Shown here: positions 42,520 to 54,959 of the stretch, in pieces
How the letters are laid out: every line of letters starts with the position of its first letter
Numbering within the stretch: position 1 is the stretch's first letter
DNA from: an archaeon
GTDB taxonomy: Archaea; AGJL01; Methanococci; Methanococcales; Methanocaldococcaceae
Assembly (NCBI GenBank): GCA_024278985.1
Contig: JAJRSC010000011.1
Coordinates: forward strand, 1-56,920
Direction of reading: 5' to 3'
Length of the DNA stretch: 56,920 bases
The notes under the pieces: generated by a model
Told to the model about the DNA's origin: nothing
The model's input: the letters and a program-made list of their open reading frames with translations, nothing else
The model's database searches: none
Translations under genes and position numbers: made by a program

Positions 42520-43245
42520 TTATAGTAATAATATTCCTAATAACACAAGCATAATAAATAATCCAGCAGCTATTCCCTGAATCTTTCCATTATAATAACC
42601 AGCTTGCCACTTTGCCAATAACCCATTATATTGCATTTCAGTACCAATTAGTCTTATTCTACTTTCTACTATAGCCACTTCTGGAGTTATTGGTTTTATT
42701 GCTGCTCCTTCCTCTTCTTCTCCTTTTCCTCCTCCTTCTAAATCAACAATATATGGATCTTCATCAATTGCTCCTGGATCTTTACTTAGACATTCTTTAA
42801 TTGCCTGAGTTATTTTGTTAATATCTTCACAATCAATTAAATCAATAACTTCAACTATTTGTCTTCTAAATCTTTCTACAGCATCTTTATCTAAATTTTC
42901 TAAAAAGGGAATAGCTCCTTTTGCACCAATTATTTGACCTGAATCATCTATTCCATTTTCCCATAATGCTTTAAAACATTGCCCTGTTATATGCCCTTGA
43001 ACCTCTGAACCACATAATATCATAAATCTAATATTTGGATTTGAAATATAGTTTGCAACTACTTTTTCAATTCCTAAATTTTCAGTATGGCATGGTCCAG
43101 CAATTGCTGCTCCTGCCTCTACACATGCCTGTTCTAAACCATGAGACCCTAAAGTTACAACTCCAACACAACTCTCTGGGTTACCAACAACATATTCACC
43201 AGAAACTATAGGCCATCCTGGAGCAGGTTCTTTTTTTTCAACCAT
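42520..43245 (-). CDS. mtrA: H4MPT S-methyltransferase subunit A
   Basis: GWP...[29 protein letters not shown] (corrinoid His). Confidence 0.97.
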   Translation of the reverse strand: MVEKKEPAPGWPIVSGEYVVGNPESCVGVVTLGSHGLEQACVEAGAAIAGPCHTENLGIEKVVANYISNPNIRFMILCGSEVQGHITGQCFKALWENGIDDSGQIIGAKGAIPFLENLDKDAVERFRRQIVEVIDLIDCEDINKITQAIKECLSKDPGAIDEDPYIVDLEGGGKGEEEEGAAIKPITPEVAIVESRIRLIGTEMQYNGLLAKWQAGYYNGKIQGIAAGLFIMLVLLGILLL

Positions 43246-43278
43246 AAGTTTATCACCTTAAAAAATTTAATTTATATT

Positions 43279-43593
43279 TTATAGGTATTTAACACCTAAT
43301 AATATTGCCAATAATGCCATAATTCCTAATCCTAACCAAAAACCAAAGAATATTCCTTTAAAATATCCTGCAATACTATATACTCCATCTCTATTAGGAA
43401 AACTATTTAATGGAGGATATCTTGGGTCTAAGGAGTTTTTATATGATTCTACTAATTTCTCTAATTTATCTAACTCCTTCTCAATTCCTGAAGTATCTAC
43501 AAATAATACATCTCCAAATCCTTTAGTTATAACTCCTGTTTCAACATTATAAACTAATGGAATTTTTTCATCTATAAATACATAATAAGCCAT
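43279..43593 (-). CDS. mtrB: H4MPT S-methyltransferase subunit B
   Basis: SLDP...LNSFPNRDG; operon position. Confidence 0.94.
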   Translation of the reverse strand: MAYYVFIDEKIPLVYNVETGVITKGFGDVLFVDTSGIEKELDKLEKLVESYKNSLDPRYPPLNSFPNRDGVYSIAGYFKGIFFGFWLGLGIMALLAILLGVKYL

Positions 43594-43602
43594 GTTTCCC
43601 CC

Positions 43603-44409
43603 TTATTCCTCTTTTTTAGGTATTTCAGGAGTATGTAATACACAGCAGGCATCTTTGAATGACATTTTTACATACTTTAAATAAACAATTGCCCACAATA
43701 CTATGGAGATAACTATAGAGATTAAATCTAACTTTATAACTGAAAATATAAACCAACTTAATAATCCACATGCAACTGCTAAGGTTAAAGTTCTTTTATG
43801 ACTTTCATCAGGACCTAAACATGCGTTGAATGGGTGTAATATAGCTATTCCAGCGACTATAAATGCAACCGCCATAATTCCTGAGTTTAATGCATTATTA
43901 ACAAAGATATTAGGCATTAAACTTCCAGCATAAGCAGCTGAAAATCCTAATAATGCCATTGCTCCAGCAATTGATATGAAAGTCATACTTCTAACCATAA
44001 TAGGAATTTTCATACCAACAGGATTTACTGTTAATCTACCAACTATAAATCCAACAATTGCTGAGATTATTAATGTTAATATTGGAGCAATATATGGAGT
44101 ATAGCTTGTTAATCCAAAAGATTTTGGTATTAAAACTCCAGCAATTGCTGAGATTGTTCCCATTCCTAAACTTAACATACCAATAGATGGAACCCCTGTC
44201 CCTAAACCATATGATGCAACTTTTCTCACAGTATTAGCCCCAGCTACACAAGCAGCTGAAACTAATAATCCCCCTATTAACATTGATAAACCATATGGCT
44301 CTAAAAAATGAGATAAATAACATCCTATTAATGCTAATCCAATACCTACTCCAAAAATTTGTTCTTCAGGAAATAATTCTGCTGCATGACCTCCTCCACC
44401 ATGAGACAT
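43603..44409 (-). CDS. mtrC: H4MPT S-methyltransferase subunit C
   Basis: [25 protein letters not shown]. Confidence 0.97.
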   Translation of the reverse strand: MSHGGGGHAAELFPEEQIFGVGIGLALIGCYLSHFLEPYGLSMLIGGLLVSAACVAGANTVRKVASYGLGTGVPSIGMLSLGMGTISAIAGVLIPKSFGLTSYTPYIAPILTLIISAIVGFIVGRLTVNPVGMKIPIMVRSMTFISIAGAMALLGFSAAYAGSLMPNIFVNNALNSGIMAVAFIVAGIAILHPFNACLGPDESHKRTLTLAVACGLLSWFIFSVIKLDLISIVISIVLWAIVYLKYVKMSFKDACCVLHTPEIPKKEE

Positions 44410-44421
44410 AAAAATTCACCT

Positions 44422-45114
44422 CTATAATGCCATTAATATTATTATAATTCCACAAACAAATGATGCAATAGTTGAAGCAATTACTCCATTAGGCATCTTT
44501 TTAAATTTAGGATCATGAAATCCTTCAATAGTACCTCCTATGTTGTATGATGCTAATACTGCATTAATAAAGAAAAACCCAATAGCTATAGTTCCAGCAA
44601 CCGCTGGAGAAAATCCTAAACTAATCAATGCAACATATGCTAAACCTCCACCAATTCCCCCCAAAGTAGCTCCTATTAAACCACTTATAAAACATACTGT
44701 TGGAATTCCATGTCCAGTAGTTCCTGGAGTAATATATGGTTTTTGTGGGTCTTTTGTAATTGGATCGATTTCACATTTATCCGCAGCAGGAACTACTCCA
44801 ACCCCAAATACATAGATTAACTGTCCAATCAACATTGTAACTCCAAGCATAATCATGGAACCAATTGCTCCAGACAATAAAATTAAAGCAATTCCTTCAG
44901 GAGTCAAACCTACTTTTGAAGCCATTATTGCAGCTGCCAATAAACCAGTAAATCCTGCTCCTGCTGCTAACTGAGTAGTTCCAGTACCTACTCCAGTAGA
45001 TGTAGCCATAGCTGCAGGTGCTCCTCCAACTGGAATAAAATAAACACTTGCATTAATAATTGCTCCTGCAATTGTTATTTCCAACAGTGAAATAATTAAA
45101 TTTATGTCAAACAT
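44422..45114 (-). CDS. mtrD: H4MPT S-methyltransferase subunit D
   Basis: [36 protein letters not shown]. Confidence 0.97.
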   Translation of the reverse strand: MFDINLIISLLEITIAGAIINASVYFIPVGGAPAAMATSTGVGTGTTQLAAGAGFTGLLAAAIMASKVGLTPEGIALILLSGAIGSMIMLGVTMLIGQLIYVFGVGVVPAADKCEIDPITKDPQKPYITPGTTGHGIPTVCFISGLIGATLGGIGGGLAYVALISLGFSPAVAGTIAIGFFFINAVLASYNIGGTIEGFHDPKFKKMPNGVIASTIASFVCGIIIILMAL

Positions 45115-45139
45115 GAATATTTCACCTTATAAAAAATTT

Positions 45140-46036
45140 TTATTGATATGGACCATATTTTTCTCTTGCAAAGACTTCAATTTTTCTATTTACAATTGTT
45201 AATATTGCTATTATTAATAAACCAACAACAATTGCAATTATTGAACTTGTATAGGTATCTTTTCCAATAATATTTCCTATAAGACCTCTCCAACCATCTA
45301 AGAAAACAATTAATCCAAAACACATTCCTGTTAAGACTCCACCTAATCTTGAACAGAAATAAGAAGAATCTAAACTATTTCTTAAACCAATTTCCGCTTT
45401 TATATCGATATCTCCATGATTAGCAACTGGAACTCCTCCTCCAAATGGATATTTTTGATATTCTCTTTCAGCTCCATAATGAACGTCTCCAGTAGAGGAA
45501 CCAATTGATCCAACAGTAATACCAAATATTAACGCAATTAATGGTAATGGAAATGGATTTCCTAATATTGTATTAGCAAGATATGCCATTAAAACCATAC
45601 AAAAAACTGCTATAAATCCATGTCCTACTATAGGCCCTAAATGACTCATAATAATATCTAAATATACTGGCTGACCAAAGTTTTTAGATTGTCCAACAAT
45701 TCTACCTAAATATGCACTAACAGCATAAGCACCATGAACAAAAGCAGCAACTCCAGAACCTATAATTAAGCTTAATATTGGATTAACACCAAAATTCATT
45801 AAAGAATATGCAACTCCTCCAGCAACTGCAACATATAACCCATAAGAAACAGGCTCTCCAGATATAGCTTTGTTATAGTATCTATGAATATTTCCCATTT
45901 GAGGAGCTAATTGAACCTGGGAGTTAGGGTTTGACTGAGAACCAACATCTGACTCTAAATCCTCTGCACATCCTGCTATAGTTGCTAAAGCTCCACTTAA
46001 TGCTAAAGCTCCAAGTGTTATTATTAACTCATTCAT
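45140..46036 (-). CDS. mtrE: H4MPT S-methyltransferase subunit E
   Basis: AEDLESDVGSQSNPNSQVQLAPQMG, GSSTGDVHYGAERE. Confidence 0.98.
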   Translation of the reverse strand: MNELIITLGALALSGALATIAGCAEDLESDVGSQSNPNSQVQLAPQMGNIHRYYNKAISGEPVSYGLYVAVAGGVAYSLMNFGVNPILSLIIGSGVAAFVHGAYAVSAYLGRIVGQSKNFGQPVYLDIIMSHLGPIVGHGFIAVFCMVLMAYLANTILGNPFPLPLIALIFGITVGSIGSSTGDVHYGAEREYQKYPFGGGVPVANHGDIDIKAEIGLRNSLDSSYFCSRLGGVLTGMCFGLIVFLDGWRGLIGNIIGKDTYTSSIIAIVVGLLIIAILTIVNRKIEVFAREKYGPYQ

Positions 46037-46190
46037 TATCTCCCCTTTTTAAATAATATTTCTTCTTTTCTAAAGATTTTAACTTATAAAAACTTTTTTA
46101 TAAACAATTTTTTAATATTACTCAAAATTATTTTAATAGTTTTAATGTCTTTAACAATACATAATAAAAAAATATAAAATTATTTATGTA

Positions 46191-47852
46191 TTAATGAGCA
46201 GGAATAATTGGATCTCTTTCTCCTGCTGGTTCGAATTCTCTTAATGCTCCTCTTGCAAATTCTTTTCTTGGATATCTAAAGTCAAATACTAATGATGGAT
46301 CTGCAAATGCAACCTTAATTAATGGATTGAGAGCAAATGCATCTCCTCTTGCTGAGTGTGCTGCTTGTGTAATTCCAGCATATTCTCCTTGGTGACCAAC
46401 GTTCATTGCATAGTTTGGATAGTTTGGACCTCTTAATTCTAATGGGGAACCTTCATCATTTCTGAATGATAATGAGTTAGCGGCTCCACATTGGTCTTGT
46501 AAGTCATATCCGTAAAATCCTAATCTACTATGGTACTCTTTATGTAAGATTTGACTTAAGTACCATCCATTAACTCCTGCATTTGAGTTTCCAGTAGCTA
46601 ATGCTACTGAAATTCCTGACGCAGCTGCTGTAACTGCAGCTCTTTGAGAACCTCCGAAGTGGTCTTCTAACAATGCAGGATATTCGTCATATTGTTCTAA
46701 AGCATATAATGTAACTTCTGTTGCAATATCTTCAACAACTTCCATTGTTGGTTTTACACTGTTACATCCACCATATTTTTTGGTTATATAGTCGTATCCA
46801 TAGTATGAGAAGTCGTCTAATATATCATCAGTATATGATGCTGTAGCATACTGTGTAAAACCAACTCCTCCAGACATGTAACTTCCTAACCAAACTTGGT
46901 CAAATAAAGCTGCTCCCGCACCAACAACCTCTAATGATTGTTCAACTGGGTCATCTGACACTCTTGAAGTTTGTATAACGTCTGCTAAAACTCCAAAGAA
47001 CATTCCTCCTGGTTCATTTGGACCTCTAGCTCTTCTTGCTGGTAAGAAAGATGCCATTTGAATAACATCTGCGTGCTTAGCTACATAGGAGAAGTCGGCA
47101 ATAGCAGCTTCTCCAGCACATAATTTATATGCAGTAATAAAGGACATACCAATTTGCATAGCACTCCATCTTGCTATTGTACCTCCATCACAAACTCTAC
47201 CTGCTAATGTTGGAACTCTTGATACTTGATATGTTCTTTTACCAATAGCTTTTTTAATTTGTTCTGCTTGTTCTTCAGGGAATAATTTATTTATATCTAT
47301 TAAAAATCTTTTATCAATTTCATCTGCTAATTCATCATCTCCAGTAAATATTTTAGCATAGGAATCCCAAACTAATGCAGGATGAACTTCAACCATGTGC
47401 TCTTGAACAACTGCTCCTCCTGGAAGTGCGTGGTTTATAGTTTCCATATATTCGTTAATTGTTTCTGGAGTAACTTCAACTCCTAATCTTTTTTCAAGAA
47501 CGGCATGTGCAGTATCCATACCAACTATAACGGTTCTTCTTATATCATCCCACATTTGTTGGATAGCTGCGTTGTTCATAAAGTGTAAATCGTCCCCTTC
47601 AACAATAGCATCAGTATTTGAAACTTTATAAGGCATTAATTTTCTTTGTCCTAATGGAACTCCAATATCAGGGTTGTAGAATGGAATTCCTCCTCTTTTT
47701 TCAATTAGTTTTTGAGCAGCTTCAACGAATTCTCTTTTTCTTGCAGATTGTCTCCAACCACCAAAGACATAAAACTTGGTGTATTTCTCTTTAGGGTCTT
47801 CTTCAAATTTTTCTTTTAATGCCTTTAAAAATAATCTTTTTTCAGCTTCCAT
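46191..47852 (-). CDS. mcrA: Methyl-coenzyme M reductase I alpha subunit
   Basis: [40 protein letters not shown]; ATG 47852 follows GAGGTGA. Confidence 0.99.
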   Translation of the reverse strand: MEAEKRLFLKALKEKFEEDPKEKYTKFYVFGGWRQSARKREFVEAAQKLIEKRGGIPFYNPDIGVPLGQRKLMPYKVSNTDAIVEGDDLHFMNNAAIQQMWDDIRRTVIVGMDTAHAVLEKRLGVEVTPETINEYMETINHALPGGAVVQEHMVEVHPALVWDSYAKIFTGDDELADEIDKRFLIDINKLFPEEQAEQIKKAIGKRTYQVSRVPTLAGRVCDGGTIARWSAMQIGMSFITAYKLCAGEAAIADFSYVAKHADVIQMASFLPARRARGPNEPGGMFFGVLADVIQTSRVSDDPVEQSLEVVGAGAALFDQVWLGSYMSGGVGFTQYATASYTDDILDDFSYYGYDYITKKYGGCNSVKPTMEVVEDIATEVTLYALEQYDEYPALLEDHFGGSQRAAVTAAASGISVALATGNSNAGVNGWYLSQILHKEYHSRLGFYGYDLQDQCGAANSLSFRNDEGSPLELRGPNYPNYAMNVGHQGEYAGITQAAHSARGDAFALNPLIKVAFADPSLVFDFRYPRKEFARGALREFEPAGERDPIIPAH

Positions 47853-47882
47853 TATTATCACCTCAAAAAATTTTTTTAGAGT

Positions 47883-48668
47883 TTATAAGTATTTTTCAAT
47901 TATATCATCTTCAGGTATGAAACCTCCTAAGGTTCTTGCTCTATGAATTCTTTTTATAACTGTTAATAATTCTTTGTCTTCTCTTAATCCTATATTATCT
48001 TTTCTATATATTGTTGTTATTTCAACTAACTTCTTTTCTGGTAAAGGTTCTCCAACATCTACTGGTTCATCTAATGGTCTACCAACTTGATCTTTAACAT
48101 ATACAACATGCTCTGTCTTTTCATCAAAAACATATCTTTGTAAAGCATCAAACATTAAACCATTTTCATCTAATCTTAAAGAGTGCCCATGAACTGTAGC
48201 TCCTCTAATACCACATCTTGCAGGGTCAAAGAATGCAGTATCAATTAAGAAGTTTTTAGAGATAGCCTCTAAATCACTTTCTCTCATTTCAATAACTTGT
48301 CTTCCAGATAAGGTTCCAGTATCTACTCCTCTAAATCTCCACATGTAGGTTCTTGCTCTATCATATGGCTGAGCAGGAGCGTTATACATTGAATCTGCAA
48401 ACTGAATATATCTTATTCTATGTCCTTCTTTTGCCCCTAAGATTGGTTCAACTAAATCTCTAACATAATCTTCTGGTAAATCCATTTCTTCTAATGGTGG
48501 ATGAACTGTTTTATAATCTTCTCCTGGTTGTCTGTGACCCATTATTTTAACAATATCATCATCAGGAATGTCTCTTAATTTTTCTAATTCCACATTAGGA
48601 TTCATATGCTTTCTTCTATTTTCTGCTATTTTTGTATTACCAGGATAGAATTGTGGTTCATATGCCAT
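47883..48668 (-). CDS. mcrG: Methyl-coenzyme M reductase gamma subunit
   Basis: RGVDTGTLSGRQ, RGATVHGHSLRL. Confidence 0.98.
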   Translation of the reverse strand: MAYEPQFYPGNTKIAENRRKHMNPNVELEKLRDIPDDDIVKIMGHRQPGEDYKTVHPPLEEMDLPEDYVRDLVEPILGAKEGHRIRYIQFADSMYNAPAQPYDRARTYMWRFRGVDTGTLSGRQVIEMRESDLEAISKNFLIDTAFFDPARCGIRGATVHGHSLRLDENGLMFDALQRYVFDEKTEHVVYVKDQVGRPLDEPVDVGEPLPEKKLVEITTIYRKDNIGLREDKELLTVIKRIHRARTLGGFIPEDDIIEKYL

Positions 48669-48677
48669 ATTCTCACC

Positions 48678-49274
48678 TCAATTAAGATATTTTTTTATTT
48701 TTTTAACAATTTCATCAATTTTTGATTGAGGTACAGATTCACCTCTAATTACACCTGTTACAATATCAACAACAATTCCCTTAGATTTAGGATGAACAGG
48801 CATAACTTCACGTGTCTTTATTCCATACTTTGCAAGGTCTTCGAAATCAACAGGTGCCTGACAAACGATTATTGTAGGAATTTCAACATACTTCATAAAC
48901 AATCCGGCTTTATAAACAATATGGCTTATTACATTACCGAAATGAACTATACATAATTTATGTCTATTAATTTGTTCAACTTCTTCAGGTTTTAACCCAA
49001 ATGTAGAACCCATTGCCCCCCTTGGGGCATCACTTGGAATTCCTGAACCTGCATTTAATACGAGGACACTTGTATTTATCCCTACTTCTCTAATTCCATA
49101 AGTTATTTCACATACTGGTTTAGTTATATGTCTTCTTCCGGGAGACATTGCAACAACAATAACATCATTCTGTAGGGCCTCGGCTAATGTTCCTCTTTGA
49201 GCTAATCCCCCACCTTCAGCCAATCCCATAACGGCCCTACAGTCAATAATTTGTTCTCTTCTACCAACAGGCAT
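48678..49274 (-). CDS. mcrC: MCR operon protein C
   Basis: [26 protein letters not shown]; ATG 49274 (track start 49283). Confidence 0.96.
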   Translation of the reverse strand: MPVGRREQIIDCRAVMGLAEGGGLAQRGTLAEALQNDVIVVAMSPGRRHITKPVCEITYGIREVGINTSVLVLNAGSGIPSDAPRGAMGSTFGLKPEEVEQINRHKLCIVHFGNVISHIVYKAGLFMKYVEIPTIIVCQAPVDFEDLAKYGIKTREVMPVHPKSKGIVVDIVTGVIRGESVPQSKIDEIVKKIKKYLN

Positions 49275-49275
49275 T

Positions 49276-49767
49276 TTATTCATCTTTATCTATATTTTTT
49301 TCAATTACAGAAACATTAGTTTTTAATCTACTTCTTGGATCAACTAATCCAATTAATCTTCTGTCCATTTCATTAATTAAGAATACTCCATCTTCACCAT
49401 ATTTTAAATAGTCAGTAACTGTAGGTCTATCTTTTAGGAACTTACCTACTTTTATGTTATAACCGAAAGGAAACAACTCCTTACATATTTCCTCTATTTT
49501 GTTAATTTCACTATCATCTGTTAATGTTAATATAAATCTACCGGCCATAACAGTCAGTTCTACAGGTACTCCTTTTACATTAATAATTTTTCTTTCTGAA
49601 TGATTAACTGGTAAGCCCCTTGCAGGACCAAAAGGAACAGTTTTTGGTAAAGATTGCCCATGAATAACTACTCTATCAACAGTTTTTAAGTCATATATTC
49701 TATTTAAAAATTTTTCGGTAGTGGAAGCTTTAAGATATCTGTGAGGGAAAATTTCAACCTCAATCAT
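49276..49767 (-). CDS. mcrD: MCR operon protein D
   Basis: [35 protein letters not shown]. Confidence 0.96.
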   Translation of the reverse strand: MIEVEIFPHRYLKASTTEKFLNRIYDLKTVDRVVIHGQSLPKTVPFGPARGLPVNHSERKIINVKGVPVELTVMAGRFILTLTDDSEINKIEEICKELFPFGYNIKVGKFLKDRPTVTDYLKYGEDGVFLINEMDRRLIGLVDPRSRLKTNVSVIEKNIDKDE

Positions 49768-49779
49768 AGTTTCATCAAT

Positions 49780-51111
49780 TTAAATTTTATCTTTAACTTG
49801 AAGAGCTCCTTCAATTACATATTTTAATGGTTCTCTAAACTCATCAATTGCACTAAATACTACTCCAATTAATGCTGAAGTTCTTTCTGGTGAGAACATT
49901 TGAGTTCCAGCATCTAAACACATTGCAGCAGCAACTGGTGGAATAGCAAATCCTTTTGAGTGTCTTGTAACAATGTGGTTTCCGTTAAAGATACCAGGAC
50001 CTCCTCCTCCATAAATTGAGTGACTGAAGAATGAGAATCCAACAGCTGTACCTTCAGCTCTACCGAAATCAACTCCCGGGAGACCTGTTTCGTATTCTAA
50101 AATATCGTTGTAGTATAAGATTGTTGAAGCTACTCCCTGAGCAGCTCTTGCTGCACCAATATTAACTATAACAGCTGCAACTAATCCAGCAGCTGCGTAA
50201 GCATTCCATTTTGCAATATCAACTGGTCTATATAATTTAAATCCTGATTCTAAGGTTTTATCTTCTTTTATAACTCCATCTTCTAATGCTCTATCTAATA
50301 ATGATGCAATAACAGTTCCTACAGTTCCATTTTTACCATTTTCTTTAACTAAATCAATAACTAAATTATCAGCATTCAAACCTTCATATGCTAATCCTAA
50401 TAAATGTAATCTTTCAAATGCACCAATAGCATCTCCCATTTCAAACATTGCAGTTTGTTCCATTAAAGCTGCAAATGCAACAGCATTCATTGTGTTCTTT
50501 TTTGTACAAGCAACAAAGTGATTAACCATAATATTTCTTAAAGCATATCCAGGACATTCTAAGGTTAATGGGTTTCCTAATAACCCTGCAATATTTGCTC
50601 CTTTCATTGTAACTTCATGAGGATATCCTCCTAAGATAGCAGCATGAACCATTGGAGCATCAAACATATCAATATTGAAGGTTCTTATTAAAGCTTCTTT
50701 TAATGCCTGAGCAGTTGCCAATATAGAAACAGAATATTCAGCAGCTATTTCTAATCTTTTAGTTGGCATTTGGACAACCATTTGTTTTCCATCGTTAATT
50801 AATCTTATATTTGTGTCATCATCTTCAGATACTCTTAAAACTCTTTCAACATATTCAGCTATAGTTTCAGCATTTTCAACAATTGGTAAGTCTAATTCTC
50901 TACCCATTATTTTACAACCTTTTCCTCCAACTTGTCCAGTTCTTAATGCATTTTCAATACCTGCTAAATTTACAGCAACAGTTCTTTTAACATCTTTTAC
51001 TATTTTTTGTATTGTTGGGTTATATAATGGACTTATAGCTTCTAATGGAACATTTTCTTCTACAAGTTTTCCTTTTTCATTATATAAATCAATTGTATCT
51101 TGGTATTTCAT
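49780..51111 (-). CDS. mcrB: Methyl-coenzyme M reductase beta subunit
   Basis: [41 protein letters not shown]; ATG 51111. Confidence 0.99.
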   Translation of the reverse strand: MKYQDTIDLYNEKGKLVEENVPLEAISPLYNPTIQKIVKDVKRTVAVNLAGIENALRTGQVGGKGCKIMGRELDLPIVENAETIAEYVERVLRVSEDDDTNIRLINDGKQMVVQMPTKRLEIAAEYSVSILATAQALKEALIRTFNIDMFDAPMVHAAILGGYPHEVTMKGANIAGLLGNPLTLECPGYALRNIMVNHFVACTKKNTMNAVAFAALMEQTAMFEMGDAIGAFERLHLLGLAYEGLNADNLVIDLVKENGKNGTVGTVIASLLDRALEDGVIKEDKTLESGFKLYRPVDIAKWNAYAAAGLVAAVIVNIGAARAAQGVASTILYYNDILEYETGLPGVDFGRAEGTAVGFSFFSHSIYGGGGPGIFNGNHIVTRHSKGFAIPPVAAAMCLDAGTQMFSPERTSALIGVVFSAIDEFREPLKYVIEGALQVKDKI

Positions 51112-51342
51112 ATTTATCACACCTCATAGATTATATATTTCTCTTAATTTAATGAAACTTCTTATTTATATATTAACTTTTAACTTAGAAACCAAAACGA
51201 AAAGTATATATATGTTGTCTGTGGGATCTTATAATTTTAGTCATTACAATTAATATTTATGTTGGTTTATAATATATTATTAATTTGCTTTTAGATATTG
51301 AAATAAAAATTATAAAAATAATTAATAATAGAGGGATTTTTT

Positions 51343-51945
51343 ATGAAGAAACTTTTTACTTTTTCAATTATTGGGTTAATAATTTTTACAGCCTTTTTTT
51401 ATAGAGATCCTCCAAGAGAGACACCTTATATAAGTAATGTTATTATTTCTCCCTCAGATGGAACTGTTAAATATATTAAATTTAGTAAAGATATTGAAGT
51501 TTTTAAAGATGGAAATACATATAAATTAAATCTTACTAAATATTTCCCTAATGGAGCTTATATTGTTGGTATTTTTATGTCTCCATTTGATGTTCATGTT
51601 AATTGGGCCCCTGTAAGTGGAAAGGTTGTATATATAAATCATATTGATGGTAATTTTTATCCAGCATTTTTTACTAATGTAGAAAAAACTAATGAAAGAA
51701 ATATAATGATAATAAAAACTAAAAATAATGAGTATATTGGAGTTGTACAAATTGCTGGAGTGGTAGCAAAAAGATGTGTATTTTATGTTAATGTTGGAGA
51801 TTCTGTAAAAGTAGGAGAAAAAATAGGAAAAATAAAACTTGGCTCTCAAACAGCAGTAATTATTCCTCCAGACTATAAAATTGTGGTTAATGTAGGAGAT
51901 TATGTCAAAGGAGCAGAAACAGTTATCGCTGTCAAAAATAATTAG
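51343..51945 (+). CDS. psd: Archaetidylserine/phosphatidylserine decarboxylase proenzyme
   Basis: FFYRDPPR, SPSDG, IFMSPFDVHVN, NERN, VQIAG, LGSQT pyruvoyl site. Confidence 0.92.
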   Translation: MKKLFTFSIIGLIIFTAFFYRDPPRETPYISNVIISPSDGTVKYIKFSKDIEVFKDGNTYKLNLTKYFPNGAYIVGIFMSPFDVHVNWAPVSGKVVYINHIDGNFYPAFFTNVEKTNERNIMIIKTKNNEYIGVVQIAGVVAKRCVFYVNVGDSVKVGEKIGKIKLGSQTAVIIPPDYKIVVNVGDYVKGAETVIAVKNN

Positions 51946-52753
51946 TGAGATATATAGAATAAGAGAAGAATTTGGATTTAAAAAAATTAATATAGATATT
52001 GTAAATGTTTCTTATAAAAATGGTATCCTAACTATATATACAAAAACAAGAAGTGATAAATCAGCTATAATAGGAAAGGGTTTAGTTGTTGGAAAATTAA
52101 GAGAGAGACTAAATGTTAAAGTTGTTAAAGTTGAAGACTATACAGACATATTACTTTTTAAGAAAAGATGTAAATTAATTAAAGAAAAATATAAAAATTT
52201 TGATGTTATTGTTGATATTTGTAATTATTTTTTAGATAATAGAAAAAGCAATAAAAAGGTTTATGTTACAATAACTTGCCAGAAGGATTTAATTATTTTT
52301 AAAACTCTTAAAAATATTTTTTCTAAGGTTACTGCTATTTTATTTGATTTTAATCCCTTAACACCTGAAAGGGTTAGAAATAATATAATTAATGAGATAA
52401 ATAAAGATAAAATACAGTATAATTGTATAAAAATAAATTTAAATATAAATAAAATTTTAGAAAAATATCCTTGTGGTTTTTTAATAGATTATATCCCTTT
52501 TGAGGGAGTTATATTTACTTCATGCCTATCTAAGGAGGTAGTTTTAAAAGAAAATAAATTATTTATAAATTTTAATAAATTATTTCCTATAAAAGGTCCA
52601 ACTTTAGGATACTGTCCTATTTTAATTCAATATTTGAAAAAATCTAATGATTATAAAAATCTAATTAAAAATGTTGTTGAAGATATTTATAAAGGTGGAA
52701 AAGAACCAACTGAAGGAGTAAATGATATTATAAAGATAATTAAGAAATTATAA
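51902..52753 (+). CDS. Hypothetical protein with N-terminal KH-like domain
   Basis: RSDKSAIIGKGLVVGKL (KH GxxG-like), C-terminal EPTEG; related to the PP-loop/KH family but lacks SGGxDS. Confidence 0.7.
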   Translation: MSKEQKQLSLSKIISEIYRIREEFGFKKINIDIVNVSYKNGILTIYTKTRSDKSAIIGKGLVVGKLRERLNVKVVKVEDYTDILLFKKRCKLIKEKYKNFDVIVDICNYFLDNRKSNKKVYVTITCQKDLIIFKTLKNIFSKVTAILFDFNPLTPERVRNNIINEINKDKIQYNCIKINLNINKILEKYPCGFLIDYIPFEGVIFTSCLSKEVVLKENKLFINFNKLFPIKGPTLGYCPILIQYLKKSNDYKNLIKNVVEDIYKGGKEPTEGVNDIIKIIKKL

Positions 52754-52801
52754 TCTTATTTATATAGTATCAGATATATAATTTATTAGTTGGTGATAAT
52801 T

Positions 52802-53350
52802 ATGAGAGTTGATATTAGGTTAGCTGGTTTTGGTGGGCAGGGGATACAGTTAGCAGGAATACTTTTAGGAACTGCTGCAGCAGTTTATGAAGATAAATAT
52901 GCATTTCAGACACAATCCATAGGTCCAGAGGCTAGGGGAGGAAAATCAAGGTGTGAAGTAGTTATTTCAGATAATCCAAGAGACTATCCAAAAGTTAGAA
53001 AATTGGATATATTTGTAGCAATGTCTCAGGAGGCATTAGATGCCTATTTAGATGATTTACCAAGTGGTAAAATCTTAATTTATGACCCAGATATGATGGT
53101 AAGACATCCTACAAGAGAAGATATAAAAATATACAAGGTTCCAGCTACTAAGACAGCATATGAACTAGGAAATAAAATAGTTGCCAATGTTGTCATGCTT
53201 GGAGCATTGGTTGAAATAACTAAAGTTGTATCCAGAGAAGCTATAAGAGAAGCAGTAAAAAATGGAGTTAAACAAAGATTTGTTGATATAAATTTAAAGG
53301 CTCTTGAAAAAGGTTTTGAATTGGGAGAGAAAGTATGTTCGGAAAATTAA
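52802..53350 (+). CDS. korC: 2-oxoacid (2-oxoglutarate-type):ferredoxin oxidoreductase gamma subunit
   Basis: [34 protein letters not shown]; ATG 52802. Confidence 0.85.
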   Translation: MRVDIRLAGFGGQGIQLAGILLGTAAAVYEDKYAFQTQSIGPEARGGKSRCEVVISDNPRDYPKVRKLDIFVAMSQEALDAYLDDLPSGKILIYDPDMMVRHPTREDIKIYKVPATKTAYELGNKIVANVVMLGALVEITKVVSREAIREAVKNGVKQRFVDINLKALEKGFELGEKVCSEN

Positions 53351-54486
53351 AAGAAAAACTACTTAATGCTACTAAAAAAATTACTGAAAAAATTTATAAA
53401 AAAGGTGAAGCTGAGGAAGTAAAAAAGCAGAATATAGAAACTAAAAGGGTTGTTGATAAGGATAAAAATATAAGTAAAAGTAAGGTTATAACTTCATATA
53501 ATGATGATATTAAAAAAGATAATAAAAAAGAAGAAAAGAAAAATATCAGTTTCTTTGATAGATTTTATATAACAAGAAATATAAAAAAAGTTATTAAAAA
53601 AGAAGTTGTTATATTAGAGGAGGATATTTAGGATATTTTAGAAGAATTGGAGATTGAACTTTTAGAGGCTGATGTTGCTCTTGAAGTTGTTGAAGCTCTA
53701 TTAAACGAAATAAAAAATGAATTGGTTGGTAAAAAGATATCACCAGATGATGATGTTGAAGAGATTGTTTTAGATGCTATAAAGAATGCCATAAGAAATA
53801 TACTTTCTCAGGAAAAAATAGATTTAGAAGAGGTAATCAGAAAAAATAAAGAGATTGGAAAACCAACAGTTATTGTTTTTGTAGGAATAAATGGAACTGG
53901 AAAAACTACAACTATAGCCAAGTTAGCATATAAACTAAAAAATAAAGGTTATAGAGTTGTTTTAGCTGCAGGAGATACATTTAGAGCAGGGGCTATAGAA
54001 CAATTGGAAGAGCATGCCAAAAGAGTTGGTGTTAGAGTTATAAAACATAAACCTGGCTCAGATTCTGCAGCAGTTATATATGATGCTATTGAACATGCAA
54101 AGGCAAAAAATATTGATGTAGTTCTTGCAGATACTGCAGGAAGGCAGGCAACAAATATAAATTTAATGGAAGAAATTAAAAAAGTTGTTAGGGTTACTAA
54201 ACCAGATTTAGTTATATTTGTTGGAGATGCCCTAACAGGAAATGATGCTGTTTATCAGGCAAAAGAGTTTGATGAGGCTGTTGGAATTGATGGGGTTATT
54301 CTCACAAAAGTAGATGCTGATGCAAAGGGAGGGGCAGCATTATCTATAGGCTATGCAATAGGTAAGCCAATTCTTTACTTAGGTGTTGGACAAAGATATG
54401 AGGATTTAATTGAGTTTTCACCTGAAATATTAATTAACAGAATTTTTGGAACTCCTGAAAAGTTTTCAACAGAAAGAGAATTTTAA
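53335..54486 (+). CDS. ftsY: SRP receptor FtsY, interrupted as sequenced by in-frame TAG at 53629-53631
   Basis: [10 protein letters not shown]-terminus; [21 protein letters not shown] in one frame; [32 protein letters not shown]. Confidence 0.95.
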
Positions 54487-54494
54487 GGGATAAT

Positions 54495-54797
54495 ATGATT
54501 ATTGTATATACAACATATCCAAATGAAAAAGTTGCTGTTGAGATAACTAAAAAATTAATTGAAAAAAAACTTGTTGGATGTGCAAATATAAAAAATCAAA
54601 AATCTATATATATCTGGGAGGAAAAAATTGAAGAAGATTTTGAAGTTGGAGTTATTTATAAGACATTAGAAGAGAAGAAAGATGAAGTTATTAAGTTTAT
54701 AGAAGAACATCATCCTTATTCAGTTCCTTTTATTATGTGGTTTAAGGTAGATGTTAATAATGATTATTTAAAATGGTTATCTAATACAATTTTATAA
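54495..54797 (+). CDS. cutA: Divalent-cation tolerance protein CutA
   Basis: VYTTYP, LVGCANI, SIYIWE..IEE, HPYSVP. Confidence 0.92.
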   Translation: MIIVYTTYPNEKVAVEITKKLIEKKLVGCANIKNQKSIYIWEEKIEEDFEVGVIYKTLEEKKDEVIKFIEEHHPYSVPFIMWFKVDVNNDYLKWLSNTIL

Positions 54798-54959
54798 TTT
54801 CATTTTTAATTAATTTTTTTATATTTCTCATCATCTGGAACAGTTAATATAGGTTTTAGAAGGTAATTTTATTGAAGCCCTAAATCCATATTTTTTAGCT
54901 GTTGATGTAACTATTTTATTATATTTATAAAGTTCATCAAATAACTCTTTATTCCATTT

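Noticed and set aside
41049-51111. mcr/mtr cluster as a divergent (alkane-type) or rearranged system
   Set aside because: Canonical order and canonical active-site motifs of MCR I and Mtr.
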